IMG/VR virus record: IMGVR_UViG_3300018083_000049
Coordinates: 1 to 45,491 of that record
Direction: 5' to 3' (one strand)
DNA: 45,491 nucleotides
Origin: a virus
Taxonomy: Duplodnaviria > Caudoviricetes
Shown here: positions 33,472 through 43,064 of the stretch, one piece after another
How the letters are laid out: every line of letters begins with the position of its first letter
How positions within the stretch are numbered: the first letter of the stretch is position 1
Position numbers and translations under genes: made by a program
Notes under the pieces: generated by a model
The model's input: only the letters and a program-made list of their open reading frames with translations
Databases searched by the model: none
What the model was told of the DNA's origin: nothing

Positions 33472-34175
33472 GCCAATGGGTCCTGATCCAACACGAAGTA
33501 ACTACTATCTATTCCATTCATAACGTCGTCAGTCGGATAACGCGAATCGAGTTCAAGCGGATGCTGTGCATAGCTTGCCTTCACCATCCGTCTCCTGTTC
33601 TGTGCAAGCACCTGGAACTTGTTAACCTGTGCGGGTATCGTGCCATCATCGACGCAATACATCCAACACGCATCGAACTGCAACAACAATTGGTCGATAT
33701 ACACCCTATCGGTCAACGCAAGTGGCAACTTAGGTCGTTGTCTACACCACGCCACGACACCGATTGTGCTATCACTAGGATACACCTTGAACGGCCGTGC
33801 TGGCGTACCATAATCAGGTGCGATATACCACGCGTTCGCACCACCACGTAACGACAGTGGATTAATGCTCTGTGGCAATTCACGCAGCTTGCGATTGCTG
33901 TTCTCAGGGAACACCGCAGCCACATCGCGATACTCGGTAATAGTAGCGAGCGGTCCTACAAGGTCCTGCGTCAAGCTACCAGTTGATCCATCAAGTGGTA
34001 TCGGCCCAATGTATGTCATATAATCGGGCCACCACATCTCCTCCAACTCAAGCAGTAACGCATCCTGCACATGTTGCTGAATACGGCCACTTGCATATAT
34101 CTGCGTGGCTATGCCAGGAACCTGAGACAATTCATTGATGACAGTAGATACAATATCACTGACCAATGCTGGCAT
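33468..34175 (-). CDS. Head-tail adaptor (tail tubular protein A-like)
   Basis: 235 aa; first gene after the head cluster; helical N-terminus DIVSTVINEL. Confidence 0.55.
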   Translation of the reverse strand: MPALVSDIVSTVINELSQVPGIATQIYASGRIQQHVQDALLLELEEMWWPDYMTYIGPIPLDGSTGSLTQDLVGPLATITEYRDVAAVFPENSNRKLRELPQSINPLSLRGGANAWYIAPDYGTPARPFKVYPSDSTIGVVAWCRQRPKLPLALTDRVYIDQLLLQFDACWMYCVDDGTIPAQVNKFQVLAQNRRRMVKASYAQHPLELDSRYPTDDVMNGIDSSYFVLDQDPLA

Positions 34176-34192
34176 GATAATCTCCTATGCGA

Positions 34193-34222
34193 AGACGGCA
34201 CACTGGGGCATGTGTGCCGTCT
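34193..34222 (-). terminator. Hairpin between head and tail gene blocks (terminator/attenuator)
   Basis: AGACGGCACAC-N8-GTGTGCCGTCT, 11-bp stem in the 80-nt gap; short T-tract on the - strand. Confidence 0.65.
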
Positions 34223-34255
34223 CCTACCCGACAAGCTGGTTAGCGTAGTGCTGAC

Positions 34256-34930
34256 CTATGCCGCAGCTTGCCGAATCCCATGCAATCCACCATTGTTCGC
34301 GGTATTCACATCATTCAGCATGTTGAATGCCGCACTGATGATATTCGCACCATTCATGGTCGTGGTGGTCGTATACAATCCCCGTGGATCGGTCGTCGTC
34401 GTCGTCGCGGGATCAACTACACTCGGTGCTTGCAGTGTACCAGCAGCAACGAGTGCGCCATTCGCGATTTCATACACAACGCGGATAGCTTTGTATGGCA
34501 GTCCCAGTTTGACACCAGTGCCAATGCTCAGCGTAGTAGCAGCAGCCGTGAACGTCACGTTGCTAAACCACTTGAACGCCTTATTCCCAATCACAGGCGT
34601 CGCACCATTCAGCGTAAGTGCTTCAGCAATCGGCTGGCCAAGATAATCCCAGCCATTGACCGTAATCACGGTAGCATTCGCACCACTCGCAGCAACCTGA
34701 ATGCAACGACCATATGCCTCAGGCAGAACTGCTACACCACTCAAGTCGGTGCTGGTAATACCAGTCATAGTGCCAACATTGAGGATGCTGGTCGTTACCG
34801 CAGCAAGCGGTGCACCGAAGTTCACCCTGGTTTCGCCATTGTAGTTCACATCAGCACTGTATGCCATCGCGGGCACATACATGTTGATACGACGAGGGAA
34901 GTTAGTCGCATTAGCCATCAAGTTGGGCAT
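34256..34930 (-). CDS. Probable capsid decoration/minor structural protein (224 aa)
   Basis: Ala/Thr/Gly-rich beta protein (VNGWDYLGQPIAE), co-transcribed with the MCP before the hairpin. Confidence 0.6.
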   Translation of the reverse strand: MPNLMANATNFPRRINMYVPAMAYSADVNYNGETRVNFGAPLAAVTTSILNVGTMTGITSTDLSGVAVLPEAYGRCIQVAASGANATVITVNGWDYLGQPIAEALTLNGATPVIGNKAFKWFSNVTFTAAATTLSIGTGVKLGLPYKAIRVVYEIANGALVAAGTLQAPSVVDPATTTTTDPRGLYTTTTTMNGANIISAAFNMLNDVNTANNGGLHGIRQAAA

Positions 34931-35334
34931 TACTCAATTCCTCCTTCCAGTATGGCAGTCAATCCACCTGTGCTATTCGCACGTGGCCGATTGAATTGCT
35001 TACGTTCAACGATCTCCTTGGGAGTAAGCGCCAAGTCACTTGGCACCTCCTCACCTGAGTTCATATCCACAAGCCGTGGTTGCTCTAGCACACCGATCCT
35101 ACGCAACTGCTCCTCATCATCCGCAGCCACGAACAGGCTATGACCTTGTGGAAAATAGATCATGTAACCATCCTCAAACTCCTCCTTCTTAGGAACAAGC
35201 TTGCGTGTGATCACTTCCTTATTTCCCAATGGTCCAACCTTACGCACATCCTCCTCGATGTGTATGACCATGCGCCAGTGTTTACCAACGACCTTCTCAG
35301 CCTGGAACGCAGGCTTGTAATCAGTCGGTGGCAT
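34930..35334 (-). CDS. Hypothetical head-cluster protein (134 aa)
   Basis: TAATG overlaps on both sides. Confidence 0.75.
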   Translation of the reverse strand: MPPTDYKPAFQAEKVVGKHWRMVIHIEEDVRKVGPLGNKEVITRKLVPKKEEFEDGYMIYFPQGHSLFVAADDEEQLRRIGVLEQPRLVDMNSGEEVPSDLALTPKEIVERKQFNRPRANSTGGLTAILEGGIE

Positions 35335-35588
35335 TACCGCTTGTCCTCCTTCTTATCCGACCTAGCATCGTGTTTCGTATCTATAACTGGCGTGCGTGCA
35401 GCAGCGCCACTCAATGTCTCAGGCGGCGGTGGTTCTTCAACAGGCGGCAACACTACATTTACATCTGGTCCATAGCTCGTAGCATTTGGATAAGCCTTCA
35501 ACACCTGTTGATGCTCAACGCTACCAGCTTCGACTTCGGTTTGGCCGGGTTTGGTTTCTTCTTCACCCGCGTTCTTAAACTCGGACAT
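35334..35588 (-). CDS. Hypothetical acidic/disordered protein (84 aa)
   Basis: AGGAG RBS right after the MCP stop. Confidence 0.7.
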   Translation of the reverse strand: MSEFKNAGEEETKPGQTEVEAGSVEHQQVLKAYPNATSYGPDVNVVLPPVEEPPPPETLSGAAARTPVIDTKHDARSDKKEDKR

Positions 35589-35597
35589 GATTTGCTC

Positions 35598-36566
35598 CTA
35601 GTTGGTCAGCACAGCATGTGTCCTAAAGGCTCGCCACATACACCATTGCCCCTGCCACAGGACACGACTACCCACGGCGTCAACATTCCATGGAGCAACC
35701 AATTCCTTCACCTTCATGTTCACACCACGCAGCATGTGCAGACGCAGATACGTATCGTTGATGAAGTATGCGTAGTTGACCGGACAGTCCTCATCATACA
35801 TCATGGGTATGCCATTATGCATGACACCTTCGAAGCCAAGGTCGAACATACGCTTGCCCGCCTTACCCTCACTGAGCGGAATGGTCATCTTGTCACGCAC
35901 TGCTTGGCGATACATGCGATAGATGTTGCGTCCACACAGAATGATGCTAGGCCGATCACCTTTCAGCGTAAGGTCCATCAGCACGTCATCGAATACCTCC
36001 TCGATGTTCGTGCTATCCATACCACCGCCAAAGTTGTAAGCAGATGTCCGCCACTGAGGCTGAGTAGCGCGGTTGATACCGCCAAGAGTTCCCACGAGGG
36101 GATTGGTTGGAATAAGGCTTCCCAGACCAAGTGGATCAGTGCCGCCACCAACAGCATACAGATACTGACTAAACTTATCCTTGATACTCTCCTCAAGGAC
36201 ATTCATCTTCTCCTTCATCAGCTTGAAGATGGCAGCCGCGCCATTGTTCTCATCTTGTTCCTGATCAGAGATGATAACGGTTCCCGCCACACGACTATAT
36301 CCATACTCGACCGTATCGAACTCATCCGTTTGGTTAACGGGAAGGGGACTATAGTAGCTGTAGCTGGTAATGTTCGGGTTACGACCGACCGTGAGCGGAT
36401 TGGTAATGTTATAACCACCATCCTCATACTCCACGCGATCATTCGCAAACACCCACGCCATCAACGCATTCGACTTGATCGAAGCCATGACTAGCTTGCG
36501 TCTACTCTTAGTCAACGTGCTGTGCAGAACATCTGCGACAGCGGGGATAATGGTTCCAACAGGCAT
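35598..36566 (-). CDS. Major capsid protein
   Basis: 322 aa after the scaffold; GG..I..PL, E..EN.G...I..L..EKM...EES, GTLGGINRAT...WR, GF.G....GIPM..D..CP patterns of podovirus-type HK97-fold MCPs; GAGGT RBS. Confidence 0.9.
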   Translation of the reverse strand: MPVGTIIPAVADVLHSTLTKSRRKLVMASIKSNALMAWVFANDRVEYEDGGYNITNPLTVGRNPNITSYSYYSPLPVNQTDEFDTVEYGYSRVAGTVIISDQEQDENNGAAAIFKLMKEKMNVLEESIKDKFSQYLYAVGGGTDPLGLGSLIPTNPLVGTLGGINRATQPQWRTSAYNFGGGMDSTNIEEVFDDVLMDLTLKGDRPSIILCGRNIYRMYRQAVRDKMTIPLSEGKAGKRMFDLGFEGVMHNGIPMMYDEDCPVNYAYFINDTYLRLHMLRGVNMKVKELVAPWNVDAVGSRVLWQGQWCMWRAFRTHAVLTN

Positions 36567-36577
36567 AGCCTACCTCA

Positions 36578-37600
36578 TCAGTTTAAGTTAACACCATGTT
36601 CTTGCATCGACTGCCTGATTATATCAGCCCAGGATGCATTCTCGTTATGTTGTGTGACCGCACCATTACCTACTGGCGTGGTCTGCTGTTGCACACTGCG
36701 GCCACCGGGTAGTGGACGTGTTGGTGCTGGTTGCTGCTGCTGAGGAGGCTGCTGCCGTTGTGCAGCGATTTGCTGCTTCAACGGTTGTGTCCAATCCAAT
36801 TGATTACTATGTGCCCATCTAATCATCTTAGTATAGGCATTCTGGAGGGACAATCCTGGCTGAGCCTGCAACATTTCAGCCAGAACGTCAAGGTTCGAAT
36901 GGGCATCTTCGTTATCACCGAGGAACGCATCGAGATCGACCTGCGCTCGCTGCTGTGCCTCTTGCTGTGCACGAGCCTGCTCACGTTGTTCCGTGATAGG
37001 CATCATCTTGTTATCAATCATACGCTGAATAGCACTCATATCAATGCCAGGACTAATACCTTGCTCCAGGAACGGTATCGGATAACCCTTACCCTTCACT
37101 TCCGCGACCAGCGTCTCCAGCGTCCTCACTGGATCACGCATGAACTCACTCATGATCCTGATCGCAACCACTTGGTCTTGTGGTGAAACATTCAATCGCG
37201 CAGCTTCCTGCAACACTTCATTGTTGCTACCGGCCTGACGCTGTGCGGCTTGCAATTGCTGCTTTAGCGAATTGTTCTCACGCGCATGTCGTTGGCCTTC
37301 CTCATACACACGCCGCTCAATACCACCTTGCGCAACCACACGACCAGTAATCGGATCAACCAGATCACGCGTGTTTGGGTTCTGTTGGTTAGGAACCTCA
37401 ACCAAACCATCATGGCGACGACGCACCTGTGGTTGCGCACCTTGCGTTGGCGGTGCACTACTCGTGCCGCCACCTTCTTGCCCACCATGCGTAGGCTGTG
37501 CACTACCACCTACATCACTCGTATCCGTGCTGGCATCTTCACCATCATCATGGATGTCTGGTATGCCATCGAGAATACCGTCTTCTGTCGATCCGCTCAT
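36578..37600 (-). CDS. Capsid scaffolding protein
   Basis: Acidic disordered N-terminus and Q-rich coiled coil; between portal and MCP. Confidence 0.75.
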   Translation of the reverse strand: MSGSTEDGILDGIPDIHDDGEDASTDTSDVGGSAQPTHGGQEGGGTSSAPPTQGAQPQVRRRHDGLVEVPNQQNPNTRDLVDPITGRVVAQGGIERRVYEEGQRHARENNSLKQQLQAAQRQAGSNNEVLQEAARLNVSPQDQVVAIRIMSEFMRDPVRTLETLVAEVKGKGYPIPFLEQGISPGIDMSAIQRMIDNKMMPITEQREQARAQQEAQQRAQVDLDAFLGDNEDAHSNLDVLAEMLQAQPGLSLQNAYTKMIRWAHSNQLDWTQPLKQQIAAQRQQPPQQQQPAPTRPLPGGRSVQQQTTPVGNGAVTQHNENASWADIIRQSMQEHGVNLN

Positions 37601-39864
37601 GCTACTTCCCCTTGCTGTGTGCTACCTTGCGATTGCAGCATCTGTCTGAATATCTCGGCTGGTGGAACACCTTGCTGTAGTGCACTACCTATGGCTTGTA
37701 ATACAGGCGGTGGTAGCTGCTGCAATGCCTGAACAACCTGCGCCGCAACTTGCATACCACCACCTGCTTGTGGTGCACCGGGTGGTGAAGTGGACGCCGA
37801 TCCATCACCGCCAACAGGAGGTTGCCCAGGTGCACTACCTTGTCCTGGCGCTCCACCTTGTTGTGATGTCGCCATCATCTGCACTTCAGCAGCTATGCTC
37901 TCCCAGTCCTCTTTGCTAACCACGAAGTTATCGAACGCTTCACTCATCATCTTGAGTGAAACCTTCAGTGCACTGGCAGGTGCTGCCCTTACGTATTGGG
38001 CCATGACCTGACCAATCTGCACGGCTTCTTGTTTCTTCTGTTGCGTGGTCAACTTCTGGGTTGATCCGCCAACCACCTGAACAGAAAATGCAGCAAAATC
38101 ACGTAGATTATCCAGAGGACGCCAAAACTCAGTAACGTCCAAGCCAGTAAGTTCATTAACTGTTTGAGGGTCCATGAACTTGAGGCACATCTGCGCCAAC
38201 TTCCATCCAACATCACCAAGTGCGTCCTCGATCGCATCCAGGCGCATGTCCATACGCATGTTGCCTTGCGTGCTATAGTAGTCGATGGCCTTGTTGGTCG
38301 TATTAGTCTTAAATTCACCACCACGTTCTACTTCATTCGTCGCGGCGATGCGGTCCACGCTCTGATACAGGTCCTTCTTGTCAAACAACGGCGCAAACGC
38401 TGTGCTAGGCGGGGGAATGCTAAAGATAATCTCCTCATGCTTCACACCTTCGGGAATCTTGATTGGCGTAGCGGTTCCATCTGGTCCCTTGAGTATGCGA
38501 TCAGCGATCTCCTGTGTAATCCCACTCTCGGGGTTGTAGAAGATATTGCGTCTGGCCCAGAGCAATGCTCTTCGCTTCTCGTCGTTGATCTCATTGATCT
38601 GATCTTGCTGATCGAGATAGTAACTCACCTCTCCCTTGGCATACATAGCCACGGGATTCTCATGGAACCACATTGGTGTTAGTGGAAAGAAGCCTTGCAG
38701 TCCATACGGATCATCCCATACCCATATGGGCCACTTCCAATCATTATCCGCATACATCTCCAACCGGCGTGTAACACGGTCCCACACATACCAGACCTTG
38801 GTCATGCACGCTTTATCAAACTGATCCGTACTGTCGAAGCCATATGCGCTATACGCATTGTCCTTCTTAGTGAACAGACTAAATTCTTTATCATCACCAG
38901 GACCACCACCACCAGTCAACACATGTGATGGTTCGAATATGCTTGTCACCTCATCCTTATCAGGGTCCTTCTCACCATATATCGCATTGATATATTCAGT
39001 CGGTAACATGTCCTCTACCATCATCCAATTAGCATCGCCACCACCTGGATCGCTGCTATTCGGATCAACTATTACCTGATGTGGAAGTCGGATTCTAACA
39101 AACGGCCCACTCGGCTGGAGAAACTCAATCTTCTCTTCTAATGCAACCAGTGCCGACTCAACTTCGCGAATCTCTTTATCATCCTTCGCTTGTGCCAGTT
39201 TATCAGATAACGCCTGTAGATCAGCAGCAGCTTGCTCACTGCTCTTGTCCTTCTGCGTATAACCAACTTCGAACCATGACCGATTAGTCAACAATGTAAC
39301 AATCACATTGCGTTTAGCCTTAGGCTTGATGTTCACTCCAGGTGCATACTTCATCCTGAACAGTGCATCGACCAGCTTCTCCACCGCACGCGCGAACGCA
39401 TCGCCCTTCTCATCCGCAAGCGCATCAGCACTTGGTCTGGCTGTTACCGATACAATTGGGTTCTTCGCATACAACTCAGGAAGTTGCGCATTCACATTGG
39501 AATACACAATGTTCTCGGTTGACGAGAAGCGTTCATTCAACCGCCTTGCGACATGACGATTACCAGCCACGTTAGCGTCGGTGCCATCACGATGATCAGA
39601 CTGATCATGGTTATAATAGCGAATAGCCTCATCCCACGCATCGATCAGGTCCTTCATGCCCTTCTGGCCTGTATCACGCCGACTACGCCACACACCACCA
39701 CGCTTACTACTCACGGGTATGCGTGAGTCAGGCATTGCCTTGTAAACAGCAGGTGGTTCTGCTTCAGCAGGCAGACCAACGTCAGCTTGGACAAGCGATT
39801 GCTCTAGTGGATCAACACCCGTATCGAGTTCAAGTTGTGGGTCGTCTTGTTCTGTTCCACTCAT
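37597..39864 (-). CDS. Portal protein
   Basis: 755 aa; ENIVYSNV...PELYAKNP...V, long Q/P-rich C-terminal tail; downstream of TerL. Confidence 0.85.
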   Translation of the reverse strand: MSGTEQDDPQLELDTGVDPLEQSLVQADVGLPAEAEPPAVYKAMPDSRIPVSSKRGGVWRSRRDTGQKGMKDLIDAWDEAIRYYNHDQSDHRDGTDANVAGNRHVARRLNERFSSTENIVYSNVNAQLPELYAKNPIVSVTARPSADALADEKGDAFARAVEKLVDALFRMKYAPGVNIKPKAKRNVIVTLLTNRSWFEVGYTQKDKSSEQAAADLQALSDKLAQAKDDKEIREVESALVALEEKIEFLQPSGPFVRIRLPHQVIVDPNSSDPGGGDANWMMVEDMLPTEYINAIYGEKDPDKDEVTSIFEPSHVLTGGGGPGDDKEFSLFTKKDNAYSAYGFDSTDQFDKACMTKVWYVWDRVTRRLEMYADNDWKWPIWVWDDPYGLQGFFPLTPMWFHENPVAMYAKGEVSYYLDQQDQINEINDEKRRALLWARRNIFYNPESGITQEIADRILKGPDGTATPIKIPEGVKHEEIIFSIPPPSTAFAPLFDKKDLYQSVDRIAATNEVERGGEFKTNTTNKAIDYYSTQGNMRMDMRLDAIEDALGDVGWKLAQMCLKFMDPQTVNELTGLDVTEFWRPLDNLRDFAAFSVQVVGGSTQKLTTQQKKQEAVQIGQVMAQYVRAAPASALKVSLKMMSEAFDNFVVSKEDWESIAAEVQMMATSQQGGAPGQGSAPGQPPVGGDGSASTSPPGAPQAGGGMQVAAQVVQALQQLPPPVLQAIGSALQQGVPPAEIFRQMLQSQGSTQQGEVA

Positions 39865-40862
39865 TGCACTTGATCCTGTTGTCCTGGTAACGCAGCAGCA
39901 GCGGCACCACCACCTACCATGCCCGCGATGCCATAACGACGCATGAGATCAATCAGCTTGTCGTTATACATCACGATGTTGTATGATGGGTTCGCACTTA
40001 CACCGCGTGATCCCGCATCGAGATAGCGCACACCTGGAATGCCTGCATCATTGAGTTGAGAGACTGCTTTCGCTGCGGATTGGTCACGTGAGAACCGCCC
40101 ACTGCCTTGAACAAGAACTGATCGTGCAATGTCTCCAGGTATTGCGCTCCCCATCATGTTTGGATCAACAATACCAAGATCACTGAGTGAATTTCGCACA
40201 CCACTTGGTTGTGCACGCAACGGCTTGTTCCAATCCAACAATTGCTCAGGTTCAACATTCAGCTTGACCTCATACATATGACCTCCCACACGAGGCAATT
40301 CAAATATCCTATCATTGATGTCTGACATCTTCGCGACGAGATCATAATATGTCTTCAACTTCTGTGGATGAAACGCACCACCCTGCGATGCATCAAGTTG
40401 CTTTTGTAACAGATCATGTTGTGCATTCAAATCATTGAACTCTTGAACAGAATCAGGATGGAGCACACGTTTCGATAACGTGTCACGATACGATCGTGCG
40501 GTTTTTTCATTCTCTGCAAAATACAAACCACGCGAAAATATCTGGTTGCCCTCACCACTACCAATCTTGCTCATATCAAACCGATCAAACCAATGTGGTG
40601 AACCATGGTATGCACGTATCGAACCAACACCACCCGTATCAAATCCCATCATGGGATTGTCCATCCGCGCCCAGCCCTGCTCAGTCATCTGCCCAGTGTT
40701 TGGATCAATGAAGTCAGCAGTTGGCGATGGTTTACTCCCAGGAGCAATCTCACGCCTCAGCGGTGTCGCGTTACGCAATTCTGGAACGACGGGATCACGC
40801 GCGGGTGCGTCCAACCCAAGTTGAGTCATCGCACCACGAATAATATCGTCATACTCAGCCAT
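39861..40862 (-). CDS. Stand-alone ADP-ribosyltransferase-like protein (ART-PolyVal type)
   Basis: AYHGSPHWFDRFDMSKIGSGEGNQIFSRGLYFAE...ARSY, GHMYEV, LLDWNKPL, AGIPGVRYLD...NIVMY: motif series of ART domains found in large polyvalent proteins. Confidence 0.72.
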   Translation of the reverse strand: MAEYDDIIRGAMTQLGLDAPARDPVVPELRNATPLRREIAPGSKPSPTADFIDPNTGQMTEQGWARMDNPMMGFDTGGVGSIRAYHGSPHWFDRFDMSKIGSGEGNQIFSRGLYFAENEKTARSYRDTLSKRVLHPDSVQEFNDLNAQHDLLQKQLDASQGGAFHPQKLKTYYDLVAKMSDINDRIFELPRVGGHMYEVKLNVEPEQLLDWNKPLRAQPSGVRNSLSDLGIVDPNMMGSAIPGDIARSVLVQGSGRFSRDQSAAKAVSQLNDAGIPGVRYLDAGSRGVSANPSYNIVMYNDKLIDLMRRYGIAGMVGGGAAAAALPGQQDQVQ

Positions 40863-41051
40863 CTATCGCAACACCCCAAGTGGACGAACACCACCAAGCA
40901 GCAAGCTAAGCAATATGATCAACAGGATCACGGCAAGTATGACTTGTGCGATCACCGCGAATGGTGGTGGCAATGGTATGAGCGTGATCACATACCAAAC
41001 CAGACCGAAGATGATAATGAGGATAAGCAGTGATACGAGCAGGTCGATCAT
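40863..41051 (-). CDS. Small two-TM membrane protein (holin-like; resembles the Thivi_2564 family)
   Basis: Two hydrophobic helices linked by IPLPPP; 62 aa. Confidence 0.7.
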   Translation of the reverse strand: MIDLLVSLLILIIIFGLVWYVITLIPLPPPFAVIAQVILAVILLIILLSLLLGGVRPLGVLR

Positions 41052-41260
41052 CGCGTGCGTCTCCTACTGTAGCCAGGGGAGCTTGGATAACTTGGCGTAG
41101 ACCAGAGCTTCAACCGCTCAGTTTCCAACATGTCGCGTTGCAATCGCAAACTCTCCAGTTGATACAACTTCTGATCAAGGTCACGTTGCTGCGTCACGAC
41201 TATTGCCTCTCGACTAATGCATGCCGATAACGGTAGCATCACGAGAAGCAACAATCTCAT
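41048..41260 (-). CDS. Small lipoprotein (70 aa)
   Basis: MRLLLLVMLPLSAC lipobox followed by a short coiled coil; ATGA overlaps. Confidence 0.65.
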   Translation of the reverse strand: MRLLLLVMLPLSACISREAIVVTQQRDLDQKLYQLESLRLQRDMLETERLKLWSTPSYPSSPGYSRRRTR

Positions 41261-42804
41261 TTGTGTCTTGCCTTCGGACCACGTTGCTGCGCACGCTCAA
41301 TCTCATGCCACGCCATCCATGCAGGCACAGCATCTGGCTTGCCAGTGTAGCGTGCCAACCGTGGTCGGTTGCTCATCGCATACTTCCACATGTCCATGGC
41401 ATGGTCATTACGATCAACGGGCTTATCGGTTGTCTCGTCACTACCATCACGTTGGAAGTAATACTCGGTGATCTCATCAATGAACCACTGACACGAATCA
41501 CTCACGTAGAAGTGAGGAGCCTGATGCAATCCATTGATTGGATTCTCATGCAGCGGCAACGGTGTCAGATATTGCCAGTTCTTACTAATGCCCGCATTGA
41601 TGTCATTGTTGCCACGTTGCATCCTGATGCCTTCTTCAGCAAACATGTTCGCGACCGTCTCACCAACCGTGCGTGCATTACCAGCCTTACGCCTAAACAC
41701 ATCGGGATCGGCATATATCGCATCCAATTCATTGTCCTCAATGCGATACTCAGCACGTGTCGTGGCAATCAGCTTGGCAGCAGCCGCGATTGGGAATTCA
41801 GCAATGCGAAATCCATCCAACAGGATCACATTCGCGTCATCATCCACGAAGAACAGTCCATAGCAACTATGCCTGGACAAACCGTGGTCATAACCTTCTA
41901 TGAATGTGGGTTGATAACCCATCATCCGCATCTGCTTCAGATATAGCTTGACATCATCATGCTTTAGCGTATGCACACTCTCATCGAATTGCGGATAAAT
42001 CAATCCACTTAGAGCACCCCATTTACCATACACGAAACGATCGCGCATACTACCTGTGTAGGTGGAAAGCATTCCACGAATGTAATCCTCACCTACATTC
42101 TCCACATTCTCATACGTTGTTCCTTCGAACAACTCGATCAGCGGTATAGGTTTGCCATCAACCAACAACGGTTGACCATTTGCATCAACTTCACACAACA
42201 ACTTGGGACTTACCAAACCACGCTCGATGAAATCGTGCAATGGCTTCACGATCTCGCGATAACACCAATTCCTGGTCGGGTTGAGCGTGGCCATGAACCA
42301 ACGTGGTCCAACACGTGGCATATCTGGCTCATCACCAACATATTCGGTATTACCACGCAACCGACCCATCAAATCCATGAAATCCTTATGGCTAAACTCA
42401 GGATCTTCTAATTGGTCTACAACGATCCAATCGTATGTTGCGGATAGCAAGTTCGACTTGGAGTCCTCCGTCTGCTTGCCTTGTTGCGCTACATACCTGA
42501 AATTTATTGTGCTGCCATTCTTCAGCAACAACGTGTTTTCGTCCCGGCTCGGCATACGCTTGATCCAGGACGTTGGACACCATTGCAAGAATTCTCGCCT
42601 TATAGTGTCGTTCAGCTTCGGATATGTCGAGCGTGCTATCAACCCATTGCATCCTGGGTAATCCTTACATAACTTCAGCGCCTTGATACATGTCGCGGCG
42701 GTCTTGCCATTGCCGAAGCCGCCCCCTATGAACTGGACCTTCTTCCTCGACTGGTGAAAGCGGTCATGCATACCGCCTTCTACGATCTTATAACGTTTGC
42801 TCAA
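41257..42804 (-). CDS. terL: Terminase large subunit
   Basis: Walker A GGFGNGKT, Walker B WIVVDQ, ATLNP motif, RNase H-like GYDHG, YADPD, NDHAMD; TTG start coupled to the upstream stop. Confidence 0.93.
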   Translation of the reverse strand: MSKRYKIVEGGMHDRFHQSRKKVQFIGGGFGNGKTAATCIKALKLCKDYPGCNGLIARSTYPKLNDTIRREFLQWCPTSWIKRMPSRDENTLLLKNGSTINFRYVAQQGKQTEDSKSNLLSATYDWIVVDQLEDPEFSHKDFMDLMGRLRGNTEYVGDEPDMPRVGPRWFMATLNPTRNWCYREIVKPLHDFIERGLVSPKLLCEVDANGQPLLVDGKPIPLIELFEGTTYENVENVGEDYIRGMLSTYTGSMRDRFVYGKWGALSGLIYPQFDESVHTLKHDDVKLYLKQMRMMGYQPTFIEGYDHGLSRHSCYGLFFVDDDANVILLDGFRIAEFPIAAAAKLIATTRAEYRIEDNELDAIYADPDVFRRKAGNARTVGETVANMFAEEGIRMQRGNNDINAGISKNWQYLTPLPLHENPINGLHQAPHFYVSDSCQWFIDEITEYYFQRDGSDETTDKPVDRNDHAMDMWKYAMSNRPRLARYTGKPDAVPAWMAWHEIERAQQRGPKARHK

Positions 42805-43064
42805 AGTGATTGACCCAACTGCGCAGTGCTTGCAGCAGTTGCAACAATAGATGTGGCACTGACCGGAATGGCAACCACTGTGTCGGTAGTAGCCGGAACC
42901 ACATGAACCACTCCATTATCGAACGTATAGGTCGTTCCACCCGGTAATCGCATATGACTATACATGGTAAAACTGGGACTGATACCAGCGACATCGACAC
43001 CCATCGGTATTGGCACAACCACACCGGCACCGAGCACCAAACTACGACCAGCAACGAATGCCAT
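42801..43064 (-). CDS. Small beta-rich hypothetical protein (87 aa) between TerS and TerL
   Basis: Overlapping start/stop on both sides; GGAG RBS. Confidence 0.7.
   Translation of the reverse strand: MAFVAGRSLVLGAGVVVPIPMGVDVAGISPSFTMYSHMRLPGGTTYTFDNGVVHVVPATTDTVVAIPVSATSIVATAASTAQLGQSL

Noticed and set aside
35328-36494. 388-aa + strand ORF opposite the major capsid gene, and similar long antisense ORFs at 34268..35143, 41221..41946, 25883..26581 and 20768..21451
   Set aside because: Antisense shadows produced by codon bias of well-supported - strand genes; no RBS or protein-like motifs.
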